Positions 53,181 to 64,000 of a stretch of DNA of 64,000 bases are shown piece after piece. Every line of letters starts with the position of its first letter. Positions within the stretch are counted from its first letter, which is position 1. A program made the translations under genes and the position numbers. The DNA lies in the NCBI RefSeq assembly GCF_023055435.1, contig NW_025964046.1, positions 2,604,001-2,668,000 of the forward strand. Reading direction: 5' to 3'. The notes beneath the pieces are model-generated. The model had not been told where the DNA came from, made no database searches, and saw nothing but the letters and a program-made list of their open reading frames with translations. The DNA comes from Haliotis rufescens (Eukaryota).

Positions 53181-53659
53181 ATTATAAGACGTTTATGCAC
53201 ATCGCAAGTAGTATGTAATAAATGTTTCTTTTTGTTCTTTAAAAATTGGGTATATACTGATATATGCAATAGACCACCGTCCCCCCCCACAATTTACTAA
53301 CTCATCCCTGCTACCCTTTGTTTGTACAATGCCCACGTCCTGTTTTACTCGACTTTTGAAAATATACATTTTAAATTCAATAACTTGTGAATTTATTTTA
53401 ATGTTGCTTTCAAAAACTAGTTGTGAAGGCCTGTGAAAAAGTAGTATCGGACTCTTTGAGGACAAACACTTAAGCTCACTTAAAACCTAATGTTTCTTTC
53501 AATAGGAGTACCTGCGTTGTTGCTTCTCACCATGAATAAACAAAGTCCTTACCCCTCAAGTGCCCTTGGCTGATTGAGGTTCGTGTATAACTATTTCCTC
53601 ATCCGATGTCAGACATCCTACTACATATGGGACACATTGTAATGTGTTCGCAGATGATT

Positions 53660-54358
53660 ATCTGTCTGTCTGTCTGTCGCTCCCTCTCTAGCTCTCCCCT
53701 CTCTCTCCCCTCTCTCCTTCTCAATCTCTCTCTTCCCTCTCTTTCGCTCTCTCTACTCCCACTCCCTTTCTAGCTCTCCCTCTCTCTCCCCTCCCTCCCC
53801 TCTCCCTCCCCTCTCTCCCCTCTCTCCTTCTCAATCTCTCTCTCGCTCTCTCTCCTCCCTCCCCTCTCCCTCCCCTCTCTCCCCTCTCTCCTTCTCAATC
53901 TCTCTTTCGCTCTCTCTACTCCCACTCCCTCTCTAGCTCTCCCTCTCTCTCCCCTCCCTCCCGTCTCCCTCCCCTCCCTCCCCTCTCCCTCTCTCCTTCT
54001 CAATCTCTCTCTCCCCTCTCTCTCCCTCTCTCTCTCCTCTCTCTCCCTCTCTAGCTCTCCCTCTCTCTCCCCTCCCTACCCTCTCCCTCCCCTCCCTCCC
54101 CTGTCCCTCTCTCCTTCTCAATCTCCCTCTCCCCTCTCTCTCGCTCTCTCTCCTCTCTCTCCCTCTCTAGCTCTCCCCTCTCTCTCCCCTCTCTCTCGCT
54201 CTCTCTCCGCTATCTCCCTCTCTAGCTCTCCCCTCTCTCTCCCCTCTCTCTCGCTCTCTCTCCTCTATCTCCCTCTCTAGCTCTCCCTCTCTCTCTCCCC
54301 TCCCCCCCTCTCCCTCCCCTCTCTCTCTCTCTCTTTCGCTCTCTCTCTCTAGCTCTCT
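53660..54358. repeat. CT-rich polypyrimidine low-complexity tract
   Basis: (CT)n/(CCCT)n with periodic CTAGCTC; shorter homologs follow each N-run. Confidence 0.9.
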
Positions 54359-54740
54359 TACTCTGTGCGTGTGTGAGAGTATTCAGTTAATCAGAGAGTC
54401 GTATGTATGTATTAACAACTAACAGATAAACAATACCCTGTAACATTGGTTTCAATAGACGTACCTGCTATCACGCTCCTCGCACTGAATCCAAACAAAT
54501 CATCACCACTTGTGACCCTGCTTAAGTGAAACTGTAGAAATACTTCCGCCTAACACAAACTGCTGCGCGTTAATGTCCGTGTTTCGCTAGGGCTGATGGT
54601 TAGAAGGCCGTCGTCTCAGTACAGGCGTTCTGCTTTGCGGTCTCGGGTAAAAAGCTGTTTTATGTAAAATGCTTGGTGGTACCGATGGAACAGAACATTT
54701 AAAGGCTAGGCTAAAAATGATTGTTTCAAGTTATGTAGGC

Positions 54741-55595
54741 TGGGTAACAGTGGGACGTTATCCATTATATACACTGGGTAACAGAGGGACGTTAGCAATT
54801 ATATACACTGTGGAGCATACCTCGCAAGCCATTATATACACTGGGTAACAGAGGGACGTTAGCCATTATATACACTGTGGAGCATACCTCGCAAGCCATT
54901 ATATACACTGGGTAACAGAGGGACGTTAGCCATTATATACACTGTGGAGCATACCTCGCAAGCCATTATATACACTGGGGAACAGAGGGACGTTAGCCAT
55001 TATATACACTGTGGAGCATACCTCGCAAGCCATTATATACACTGGGTAACAGAGGGACGTTAGCCATTATATACACTGTGGAGCATACCTCGCAAGCCAT
55101 TATATACACTGGGTAACAGAGGGACGTTAGCCATTATATACACTGTGGAGCATACCTCGCAAGCCATTATATACACTGCGTAACAGAGGGACGTTAGCCA
55201 TTGTATACACTGTGGAGCATACCTCGCAAGCCATTATATACACTGGGTAACAGAGGGACGTTAGCCATTATATACACTGTGGAGCATACCTCGCAAGCCA
55301 TTATATACACTGGGTAACAGAGGGACGTTAGCCATTATATACACTGTGGAGCATACCTCGCAAGCCATTATATACACTGATTAACAGAGGGAGGTTAGCC
55401 ATTATATACACTGTGGAGCATACCTCGCAAGCCATTATATACACTGGGTAACAGAGGGACCTTAGCCATTAAATACACTGTGGAGCATACCTCGCAAGCC
55501 ATTATATACACTGATTAACAGAGGGAGGTTAGCCATTATATACACTGTGGAGCATACCTTGAAAGCCATTATTTAGGCTGGGTAACAGAGGGACG
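54741..55595. repeat. 67-bp (34+33 dimer) minisatellite
   Basis: CCATTATATACACTGGGTAACAGAGGGACGTTAG alternating with CCATTATATACACTGTGGAGCATACCTCGCAAG. Confidence 0.92.
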
Positions 55596-58352
55596 TTATC
55601 CGTTATATAGACTGGGGAACAGATGTCGTTAGCCATTATATAGACTGGGTAACTGATGTCTTTAGTCGTAATATAGACTGGGGAACACATGTCGTTAGTC
55701 ATTATACACACTGGGTAACTGATGTCTTTAGTCGTAATATAGACCGGGGAACACATGTCGTTAGTCATTATATAGAGTGGGTAACAGATGTCTTTAGTCA
55801 TGATATAGACTGGGGAACACATGTCGTTAGTCATTATACACGCTGGATAACAGATGTCTTTAGTCGTTATATAGACTGGGGAACACATGTCGTTAGCCAA
55901 TTTACACACTGGGTAACAGATGTCTTTAGTCGTAATATAGACTGGGGAACACATGTCGTAAGTCATTATACACACTGGGTAACAGATGTCTTTAGTCGTA
56001 ATATAGACTTGGGAACACATGTCGTTAGTCATTATATAGAGTGGGTAAAAGATGTCTTTAGTCGTGATATAGACTGGGGAACACATGTTGTTAGTCATTA
56101 TACACACTGGGTAACATATGTCTTTAGTCGTAAAATAGACTGGAGAACACATGTCGTCAGTCATTATATAGGCTGGGTAACAGATATCATTAGTCGTGAT
56201 ATAGACTGGGGATCACATGTCGTTAGTCATTATACATGCTGGGTAACAGATGTCTTCAGTCGTAATAAAGACTGGGGAACACATGTCTTAAGTCATTATA
56301 CACACTGGGTAACAGATGTCGTTAGTGATTATACACACTGAGTAACAGATGTCTTTAGTCATGATATAGACTGGGTAACAGATGTCTTTAGTCGTGATAT
56401 AGACTGGGGAACACATGTTGTTAGTCATTATACACACTGGGTAACAGATGTCGTTAGTGATTATACACACTGAGTAACAGATATCTTTAGTCATGATATA
56501 GACTGGGTAACAGATGTCTTTAGTCGTGATATAGACTGGGGAACACATGTCATTAGTCATTATACACGCTGGGTAATAGATGTCTTTAGTCGTAATATAG
56601 ACTGGGGAACACATGTCGTTAGTCATTATACACACTGGGTAACATATGTCTTTAGTCGTAATATAGACTGGGGAACACATGTTGTTAGTCATTATACACA
56701 CAGAGTAACAGATGTCTTTAGTCATGATATAGACTGGGTAACAGATGTCTTTAGTCGTGATATAGACTGGGGATCACATGTCGTTAGTCATTATACACAC
56801 TGGGTAACAGATGTCTTTAGTCGTAATATAGACTGGGGAACACATGTCGTTAGTCATTATACACACTGGGTAACAGATGTCTTTAGTCGTAATATAGACT
56901 GGGGAACAAATGTCGTTAGTCATTATACACACTGGGTAACATATGTCTTTAGTCGTAATATAGACTGGAGAACACATGTCGTTAGTCACTATAAACACTG
57001 GGGATCAGATGTCTTTAGTCGTAATATAGACTGGGGAACACATGTCGTTAGTCATTATACACGCTGGGTAACAGATGTCTTCAGTCGTAATATAGACTGG
57101 GGAACACATGTCTTAAGTCATTATACACACTTGGTAACAGATGTCTTTAGTCGTAATATAGACTGGGGAACACATGTTGTTAGTCATTATACACACTTGG
57201 TAACAGATGTCGTTAGTCATTATACACACTGAGAGACAGATGTCTTTAGTCGTGATATAGACTGGGGAACACATGTCGTTAGTCATTATACACACTGGGT
57301 AACAGATGTCTTTAGTCGTGATATAGACTGGGGAACACATGTCGTTAGTCACTATAAACACTGGGGATCAGATGTCTTTAGTCGTAATATAGACTGGGGA
57401 ACAGATGTCATTAGTCCATATACACACTGGGTAACATATGTCTTAAGTCAGTATACACACTGGGTAACAGACGTCTTTAGTCGTAACATAGACAGGGGAA
57501 CACATGTCTTAAGTCAGTATACACACTGGGTAACAGATGTCTTTAGTCGTAACATAGACAGGGGAACACATGGCTTAAGTCATTATACACACTTGGTAAC
57601 ATATGTCTTTAGTCGTAATATAGACTGGGTAACAGATGTCTTTAGTCAGTATACACACTGGGTAACAGATGTCTTTAGTCGTAATATAGACTGGGTAACA
57701 GATGTCTTTAGTCATTATACACACTGGGTAACAGATGTCTTTAGGTGTAATATACACTGGGTAATAGATGCCTTTATTCGTAACATAGACTGGGGAGCAC
57801 ATGTGTTTAGTCATTATACACACTGGGTAACAGATGTCTTAAGTCGTATTATAGACTAGGTAACATATGTCTTTAGTCAGTATACACACTGGGTAACAGA
57901 TGTCTTTAGTCGTAATATAGACTGGGTAACAGATGTCTTTAGTCAGTATACACACTGGGTAACAGATGTCTTTAGTCGTAATATAGACTGGGTAACAGAT
58001 GTCTTTAGTCATTATACACACTGGGTAACAGATGTCTTTAGGTGTAATATACACTGGGTAATAGATGCCTTTATTCGTAACATAGACTGGGGAGCACATG
58101 TGTTTAGTCATTATACACACTGGGTAACAGATGTCTTAAGTCGTATTATAGACTAGGTAACATATGTCTTTAGTCAGTATACACACTGGGTAACAGATGT
58201 CTTTAGTCGTAATATAGACTGGGTAACAGATGTCTTTAGTCAGTATACACACTGGGTAACAGATGTCTTTAGTCGTAATATAGACTGGGTAACAGATGTC
58301 TTTAGTCGTAACATAGACTGGGGAACACATGTCTTAAGTCATTATACACACT
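55596..58352. repeat. 33-bp monomer / 66-bp dimer minisatellite
   Basis: AGTCATTATACACACTGGGTAACAGATGTCTTT alternating with AGTCGTAATATAGACTGGGGAACACATGTCGTT. Confidence 0.92.
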
Positions 58353-59375
58353 GGATGTTTGTGCCCTTCGTGTGGATGTTTGTGGCCTCCGTGTGGATGT
58401 TTGTGGCCTCCGTGTGGATGTTTGTGCCCTCCGTGTGGATGTTTGTGCCCTCCGTGTGGATGTTTGTGGCCTCCGTGTGGATGTTTGTGCCCTCCGTGTG
58501 GATGTTTGTCCGCTCCGTGTGGATGTTTGTGCCCTCCGTGTGGATGTTTCTCCCATTGTGGATGTTTGTGGCCTCCGTGTGGATGTTTGTGCCCACTGTG
58601 TGGATGTTTGTGCCCTCCGTGTGGATGTTTGTCCCCTCCGTGTGGATGTTTGTGCCCACTGTGTGGATGTTTGTCCCCTCCGTGTGGATGTTTGTCCCCT
58701 CCGTGTGGATGTTTGTGGCCTCCGTGTGGATGTTTGTGCCCACTGTGTGGATGTTTGTCCCCTCCGTGTGGATGTTTGTCCCCTCCGTGTGGATGTTTGT
58801 GGCCTCCGTGTGGATGTTTCTCCCATTGTGGATGTTTGTGGCCTCCGTGTGGATGTTTGTGCCCACTGTGTGGATGTTTCTCCCATTGTGGATGTTTGTG
58901 GCCTCCGTGTGGATGTTTGTGCCCACTGTGTGGATGTTTGTGCCCTCCGTGTGGATGTTTGTCCCCTCCGTGTGGATGTTTGTGCCCACTGTGTGGATGT
59001 TTGTCCCCTCCGTGTGGATGTTTGTCCCCTCCGTGTGGATTTTTGTGGCCTCCGTGTGGATGTTTGTGCCCTCCGTGTAGATGTTTCTCCGCTCCGTGTG
59101 GATGTTTGTGCCCTCCGTGTGGATGTTTCTCCCATTGTGGATGTTTGTGCCCACTGTGTGGATGTTTGTCCGCTCCTTGTGGATGTTTCTCCCATTGTGG
59201 ATGTTTGTGTCCTCCGTGTGGATGTTTGTCCGCTCCGTGTAGATGTTTGTGCCCTCCGTGTGGATGTTTGTGCCCTCCGTGTGGATGTTTGTGCCCACTG
59301 TGTGGATGTTTGTGCCCTCCGTGTGGATGTTTGTGCCCTCCGTGTGGATGTTTGTGCCCTCCGTGTAGATGTTTA
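58353..59375. repeat. 21-bp minisatellite (GGATGTTTGTGCCCTCCGTGT) with an 18-bp variant
   Basis: Direct tandem units. Confidence 0.93.
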
Positions 59376-59377
59376 TC

Positions 59378-59433
59378 CCAGACCTGTGTCCCGAGGAGCG
59401 AATGCTTTAACCACGAGGCTACCCCACCACCCC
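59378..59433 (-). mobile_element. SINE 5' head fragment, reverse orientation
   Basis: Reverse complement GGGGTGGTGGGGTAGCCTCGTGGTTAAAGCATTCGCTC matches the SINE head. Confidence 0.55.
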
Positions 59434-59826
59434 GTTCTTCAGATAAATAACATCATACATGATATTTTATTACTTTCCGTCGATAAACACGCATCTGTGA
59501 GCTATTGTTTTGTGTTTAAGGAAGTTGGCCTATTTTGTTTACAATTTAACTTTTTTTATATTTAATTTTCACACAACATTTAAAGTGAAGCAAATTTCGA
59601 GAAAGCCGTGTGTCCCTGATCTTTGTCAAGATAAGCCAGACTTGCCAAATAGTGAAGGTTAAGCGAGAAGCAACCAAGCTAAAGAGGCTAACAATTCGAC
59701 AATTTCAAATTTCGTTGTCAGTTAAAATTGAGTTAATTGTAAAATTCATGGTCAATAAAATATCATGCACCCCTTGAGAAGATTGTGTTCGAACGAGAGT
59801 TATTAAAACCGTAAGCTCAAAGTCGT

Positions 59827-59987
59827 GGAGGGGTGGGGCAGCCTAGTGGTTAAAGTGTTCGCTCGTCACGCCGAAGACCCGGGTTCGATTCCCGACATGG
59901 GTACAATGTGTGAAGCCCATTTCTGGTGTCCCCTGCCGTGATATTGCTGGAATATTGCTAAAAGTAGCCTGAAACCAAACTCACTCA
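59827..59987 (+). mobile_element. tRNA-derived SINE, independent insertion
   Basis: Same family, unrelated flanks. Confidence 0.8.
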
Positions 59988-61538
59988 GTCAAATTCGAAT
60001 GAATATAGTATTAAAACACTGCAAAAGGTTCTCCTGATTCATCAGATCGCCATATACTTCACCCTCTATTAACAGAATAAGATTATATCACTTTGGGGAC
60101 GGTCAACTATTACCGGGGGTGGGGATGGGGTGGTTGGGGTTGGTGGGTGGCAAATGTACTGACAAATAATTACCCTCCCCTAATGCTTGTCATATTTTTT
60201 TTACCCTCCCGATGTCCCTATGCATTTGGTTCACGACCCTCCCTGAAAAGACTAAATGCAGATGCACTTTATTCTATTACGTGACGCCAACGTGACGGCC
60301 TAGATATCAGCCTTGTTGCACCTGTTATCATACCTTCGGGTGATAGCTCGGATTCAGATACGTCAACTAGTCAGATGCTGGCAAAAGCAAATATCTGTAG
60401 AACAACAAATACTTCTTGATCAACACCAACCTACCAAACTCATTTATAGCTTTTACTTCTTCAGTCATTTTTCCAAGGAAATTTAATACAATAATATATC
60501 ATCTGCTCCCCTGTCAACGCATAGCTCAATAAAATACAATAACAGCAATATTTTGAGACCACCCCTAAATGAAAGCACACGCTGGAAGAGGTGTCAGGTG
60601 ATTGCCTCCGGCTATAGGCCGTTTCATACATGCATGACAACACACAAATATTTTCTAAGTTTATCATCATTTAACCAGTAAAACACACTCATTCCGTCAT
60701 TAATACATAAGCACAATCTAACAAAATGTGCTTAATAGTGGGTTGAACATTACAAACAATTCTTAGCCATAATGACACACCGAGTTTAAATTGATAGCGA
60801 CGTGAGCAATATTTCAGCCCTTTTGTGATTTGAAGGTTGTCAATGCGTTCAGTTTTGTAGTAAACTAAAGTTCAGATACCGTACATAGGCATCACTTTTC
60901 CATAACCATATACGTAGCCTAATTGACATAAAAGCTCCCTCATAATAACCGCCTCCATCCTTTAGACCTGCATCAGTGTGTACAGTCCTAACGGGCGAAG
61001 AGTCAAGAAAGAGTGTCGTGCCATTTCCGTCTGCAGGAAAGATAGCCACCAATGAATATCGTCATGTAAGAATGCAGAGAACTTTTCAGATCAACAATTC
61101 TCCTCAAAATGTTCCTTATCCTTTTATAGCCATACTTGCGCTCTCTAATTAGACTTTCCAATTGCTTTTTCGTTGCGCGTTTCCTATAGCGGAACCGTTG
61201 CAAGAAACCACCCTTTCGAATATGTTTAATTGCATGTTTACTATCCATATGGGAACAAACACAATCTTCCATGAAATTATTCATGTCACAATTAACAGGA
61301 AGTCTACCTCGTGAATGAGTCGTACTTTATCTTCGGATTTAGGAAGCACACCAAGCGGGCTCACAATGTAAGTTCTATTCTTTAACACATAATTACCAAG
61401 ATCTAGTTCTTCCTTATTTGTTTTTCTGCTTCAAACATAAACTGATATGACGATCTATGATCCCGAGTAAAACAATTTGTTACAGTAATATGTTTATGGT
61501 TAACTAACTTAAAGCCTACCCTTACCCTCTCCAAACTA

Positions 61539-61703
61539 GTGGCGGTCGGGTAGCCTGGTGGTTAAAGCGTTCGCTCGTCACGCCGAAGACCCGGGTTCTA
61601 TTCCCGACATGGGTAAAATGTGTGAAGTCCATTTCTGGTGTCCCCCGCCGTGATATTGTTGGAATATTGCTAAAAGCGGCGAAAAATCAAACTCACTCAC
61701 TCA
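61539..61703 (+). mobile_element. tRNA-derived SINE, independent insertion with 12-bp TSD
   Basis: CTCTCCAAACTA (61527-61538) and CTCTCTAAACTA (61704-61715) flank the element. Confidence 0.85.
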
Positions 61704-61797
61704 CTCTCTAAACTATAATCTCTATTAGGGCCTCTCCCAGGACTCAGGCTTCAGTATTTTGCCTCCAATCTACCTTGTGTTCTAAATTCATGCGACA

Positions 61798-62040
61798 CGT
61801 GAAGATTCCTGGGTAGAATAGGTCTTCAGCAACCCATGCTTGCCGTAGAAGGTGACTATGCTTGGCGTAAAAGGCGACTAACGGGGTCGGGTGGTTGATG
61901 AATGTCATCGATCCCAATTGCGTGGATCGATGCTCACGATATTAATCACTGGATTGTCTGGTCCAGACTCGATTATTTACAGACCGCCGTCATGTAGCTG
62001 GAATATTGCTGAGTGCGGCGTTAAACAACAACCCAAACCC
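61798..62040 (+). mobile_element. Second SINE-like family, resembling abundant abalone repeats
   Basis: GTGAAGAT...CAGCAACCCATGCTTG...AGGCGACTAACGGG...GCTGGAATATTGCTGAGTGCGGCGTTAAAC; shares its 3' tail motif with the tRNA-Asp SINE. Confidence 0.6.
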
Positions 62041-62403
62041 AAAAATCTACATTCATGCAACTGGGAGGACCAGCTGGATCATTTCCACGTTGCATCTGAC
62101 CGTGACCAGGCTTGAAACCCATCGTGCAAGCTATTACCACCATGATCTTCACCCAAGGCGGTTCCACTCAGTCTCACGTCCAAAGCTTCGACGCCCAGCT
62201 CAGCGACAAACTCCAATTAAATATGAGTAAGGTATGGGCAAAGGGAACTAACTCTAACTATCATCAAACATACATTTGTCGTTACAAAATACAACAATAA
62301 TTAAGCAAAGGGTCAAACATATAACATTGTTCGGATATGACAGAACCAGATGATTTATACTACACAAAAAGGGTTTTAGTCAGTGACATATTTTGCATTC
62401 AAC

Positions 62404-63083
62404 CTATACTGCTTGTGTCAGAATTCTGTCCCTTACATGGACCCATACATCACTGTGAGGATCAGGAAAGTCATCAAGTTGAATGATATCCTCCTCGTCT
62501 GTTACATTCAGCAGTAGTTCAGGAAGTCGACCACGGTTCACGTTTCCCACCATGAGCAGAATCACTCTGTTAGGGTTGAGGTTGGAAATGTAGTAAGCTG
62601 TTGACTTAATGATAAAGTAGGACCAGGGGTCATCCAGGAAATCGTTGGACACAACCAGTACTGTCTTCCAGCTCTTGTTAATGCTTTCTACAACATGGTC
62701 AGCTACAAACTGACCAGGTAGGAAATCTCTGTGGGGCAGAATAAGCTTCAGTCCAAGTAGATCCTCCAGCCCTTTACGTAGATCTTGCATTACAAACTGA
62801 AGCTCTTCATCCGAGTGGGCTACGTAAGCATCTTTGTTGAAGTTTTGTCTAGTGACCCGCTGGATCCCACGACCCATGAGGACCAAAATGTGATGTGCAA
62901 TCCTTGTCCAGTTCCGTGACACCAGCATGGCAGACACAAGTAGAAGAGCTATTAAACACATCAGTGTTATGGAGACTGGCAGCCAAAATCGACCTTGACA
63001 TGATGTCCAGTGGTAATTAAAGTCGTTGTACACTGTATGGGTTGTTCTAAGAGCACCATATTCAGTAACACATGAATAGTTCC
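62404..63083 (-). pseudogene. 5'-truncated Toll-like receptor copy 7 (end of LRRCT, TM and TIR only)
   Basis: Homology to the other copies stops at GAATAGTTCC (63083) and runs directly into 27-bp repeats; in-frame stop at 63109-63111. Confidence 0.9.
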
Positions 63084-63233
63084 AACAACAGGGGATCGGA
63101 CGGGTATTTCAACAACATGTGATGGGTCGAGCATTACAACAACAGGGGGTCAGACGTGTATTTCAACAACAGTGGATCGGACGAGTGTTTCAACAACAGG
63201 GGGTCAGACGAGTATTTCAACAACAATGGGACG
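63081..63233. repeat. 27-bp minisatellite remnant fused to truncated TLR
   Basis: About five units between the TLR breakpoint and the TGT...ACA element. Confidence 0.85.
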
Positions 63234-64000
63234 TGTAAGGATCGCAATGAATTTCAATGTCAATTCATCCAAGATCAAAAGTTTTATTCACATTCTCATT
63301 TCCATTCTCATTCTCAATTGTACATATGTCATATGTCAAACATCATATTTCATGGAGAATATAATTCAATGTTATCGTTAGTTCATGTTCAAATACAGTT
63401 CATAATATGCATTACATCTTATCATCATCAATTATCAACAAATACCCAAAACCTTATCCTCGTTGGAGTTGGAAGATCGACTGCAAAGGAAAACTAAACA
63501 ATCATAAGTTTGCAGTTCAATATGTAAACAAAACAATAACAATGTATGAAAATTACTGAAACAACAAAACTTGACAAATGACATTAAATTGTACCAAAAT
63601 AATTACAAGAGCATTTGCACAGAAAGAAAATGCATAATATAATGTTATATGATGCAATTTAAATTGAAAATACTTGATGAAAATACAACTTAAAATTTAC
63701 TAGAATGTAAACATTAGTGATTGAAAACTGAACACATTATCTTTACGTCAGAAAAAAAAGTTACAAATACAACATTTTGGGAATTAAAATTGCTACAGAA
63801 ATATATTGACAATGGAAAAGAAATACAAATGCATGAAAACACACCATTTTGGCAGACCCATATTCTTTTAATTCATTCTTTTCTTATTTTTTACCGCATG
63901 GGTCCTAATTCTCTCAATGCATAAACTAAAAAGCATGGCATTAAGCCTTAACAGACTTACGTCCCTTGGTATCCTGAAGCATATATAAAATAACATTCTT
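63234..64000. mobile_element. Solo-LTR-like element, SINE-free, cut by the window end
   Basis: GGACG|TGTAAGG start; colinear with 47994 onward. Confidence 0.65.

Noticed and set aside
53770-54121. Arg/Glu/Gly-rich ORFs
   Set aside because: Reverse translation of the CT tract
55529-59565. Cys-rich or Thr-rich ORFs (metallothionein- or keratin-associated-like CGCLCPP repeats)
   Set aside because: Translations of 33- and 21-bp satellites that are open in most frames; no unique flanking coding sequence
60849-61284. Two short overlapping minus-strand ORFs, possibly a transposon fragment
   Set aside because: No recognisable motif; cannot be supported without a database search
62110-62230. LRRPAQRQTPIKY, resembling a Gypsy integrase C-terminal motif
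   Set aside because: Too short, and no upstream integrase core

Overview
Eukaryotic (animal) genomic DNA, most likely a gastropod mollusc. The SINE families recall abalone (Haliotis), which is an inference. The window is a tandem array of single-ORF Toll-like receptor genes (signal peptide, LRRs, one LRRCT, TM, TIR), all on the minus strand. Four ORFs are intact (one with a lost stop codon), two copies are frameshifted, and one is a 5'-truncated TM-TIR remnant. Each 7-13 kb cassette carries a G-run-rich 27-bp minisatellite of very variable length. That array is interrupted by a ~0.87-1.05 kb TGT...ACA element with a 5-bp target-site duplication (solo-LTR-like), which in four copies hosts a tRNA-Asp-derived SINE. 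Paralog differences concentrate in a central LRR block and are distributed mosaically, while TM/TIR is nearly invariant. Also present: a 119-bp hammerhead-like (Penelope-type) insertion with TSD, three identical 133-N runs at homologous sites, and a block of 67-, 33/66- and 21-bp satellites. Most long ORFs in the track other than the TLRs are repeat artefacts.
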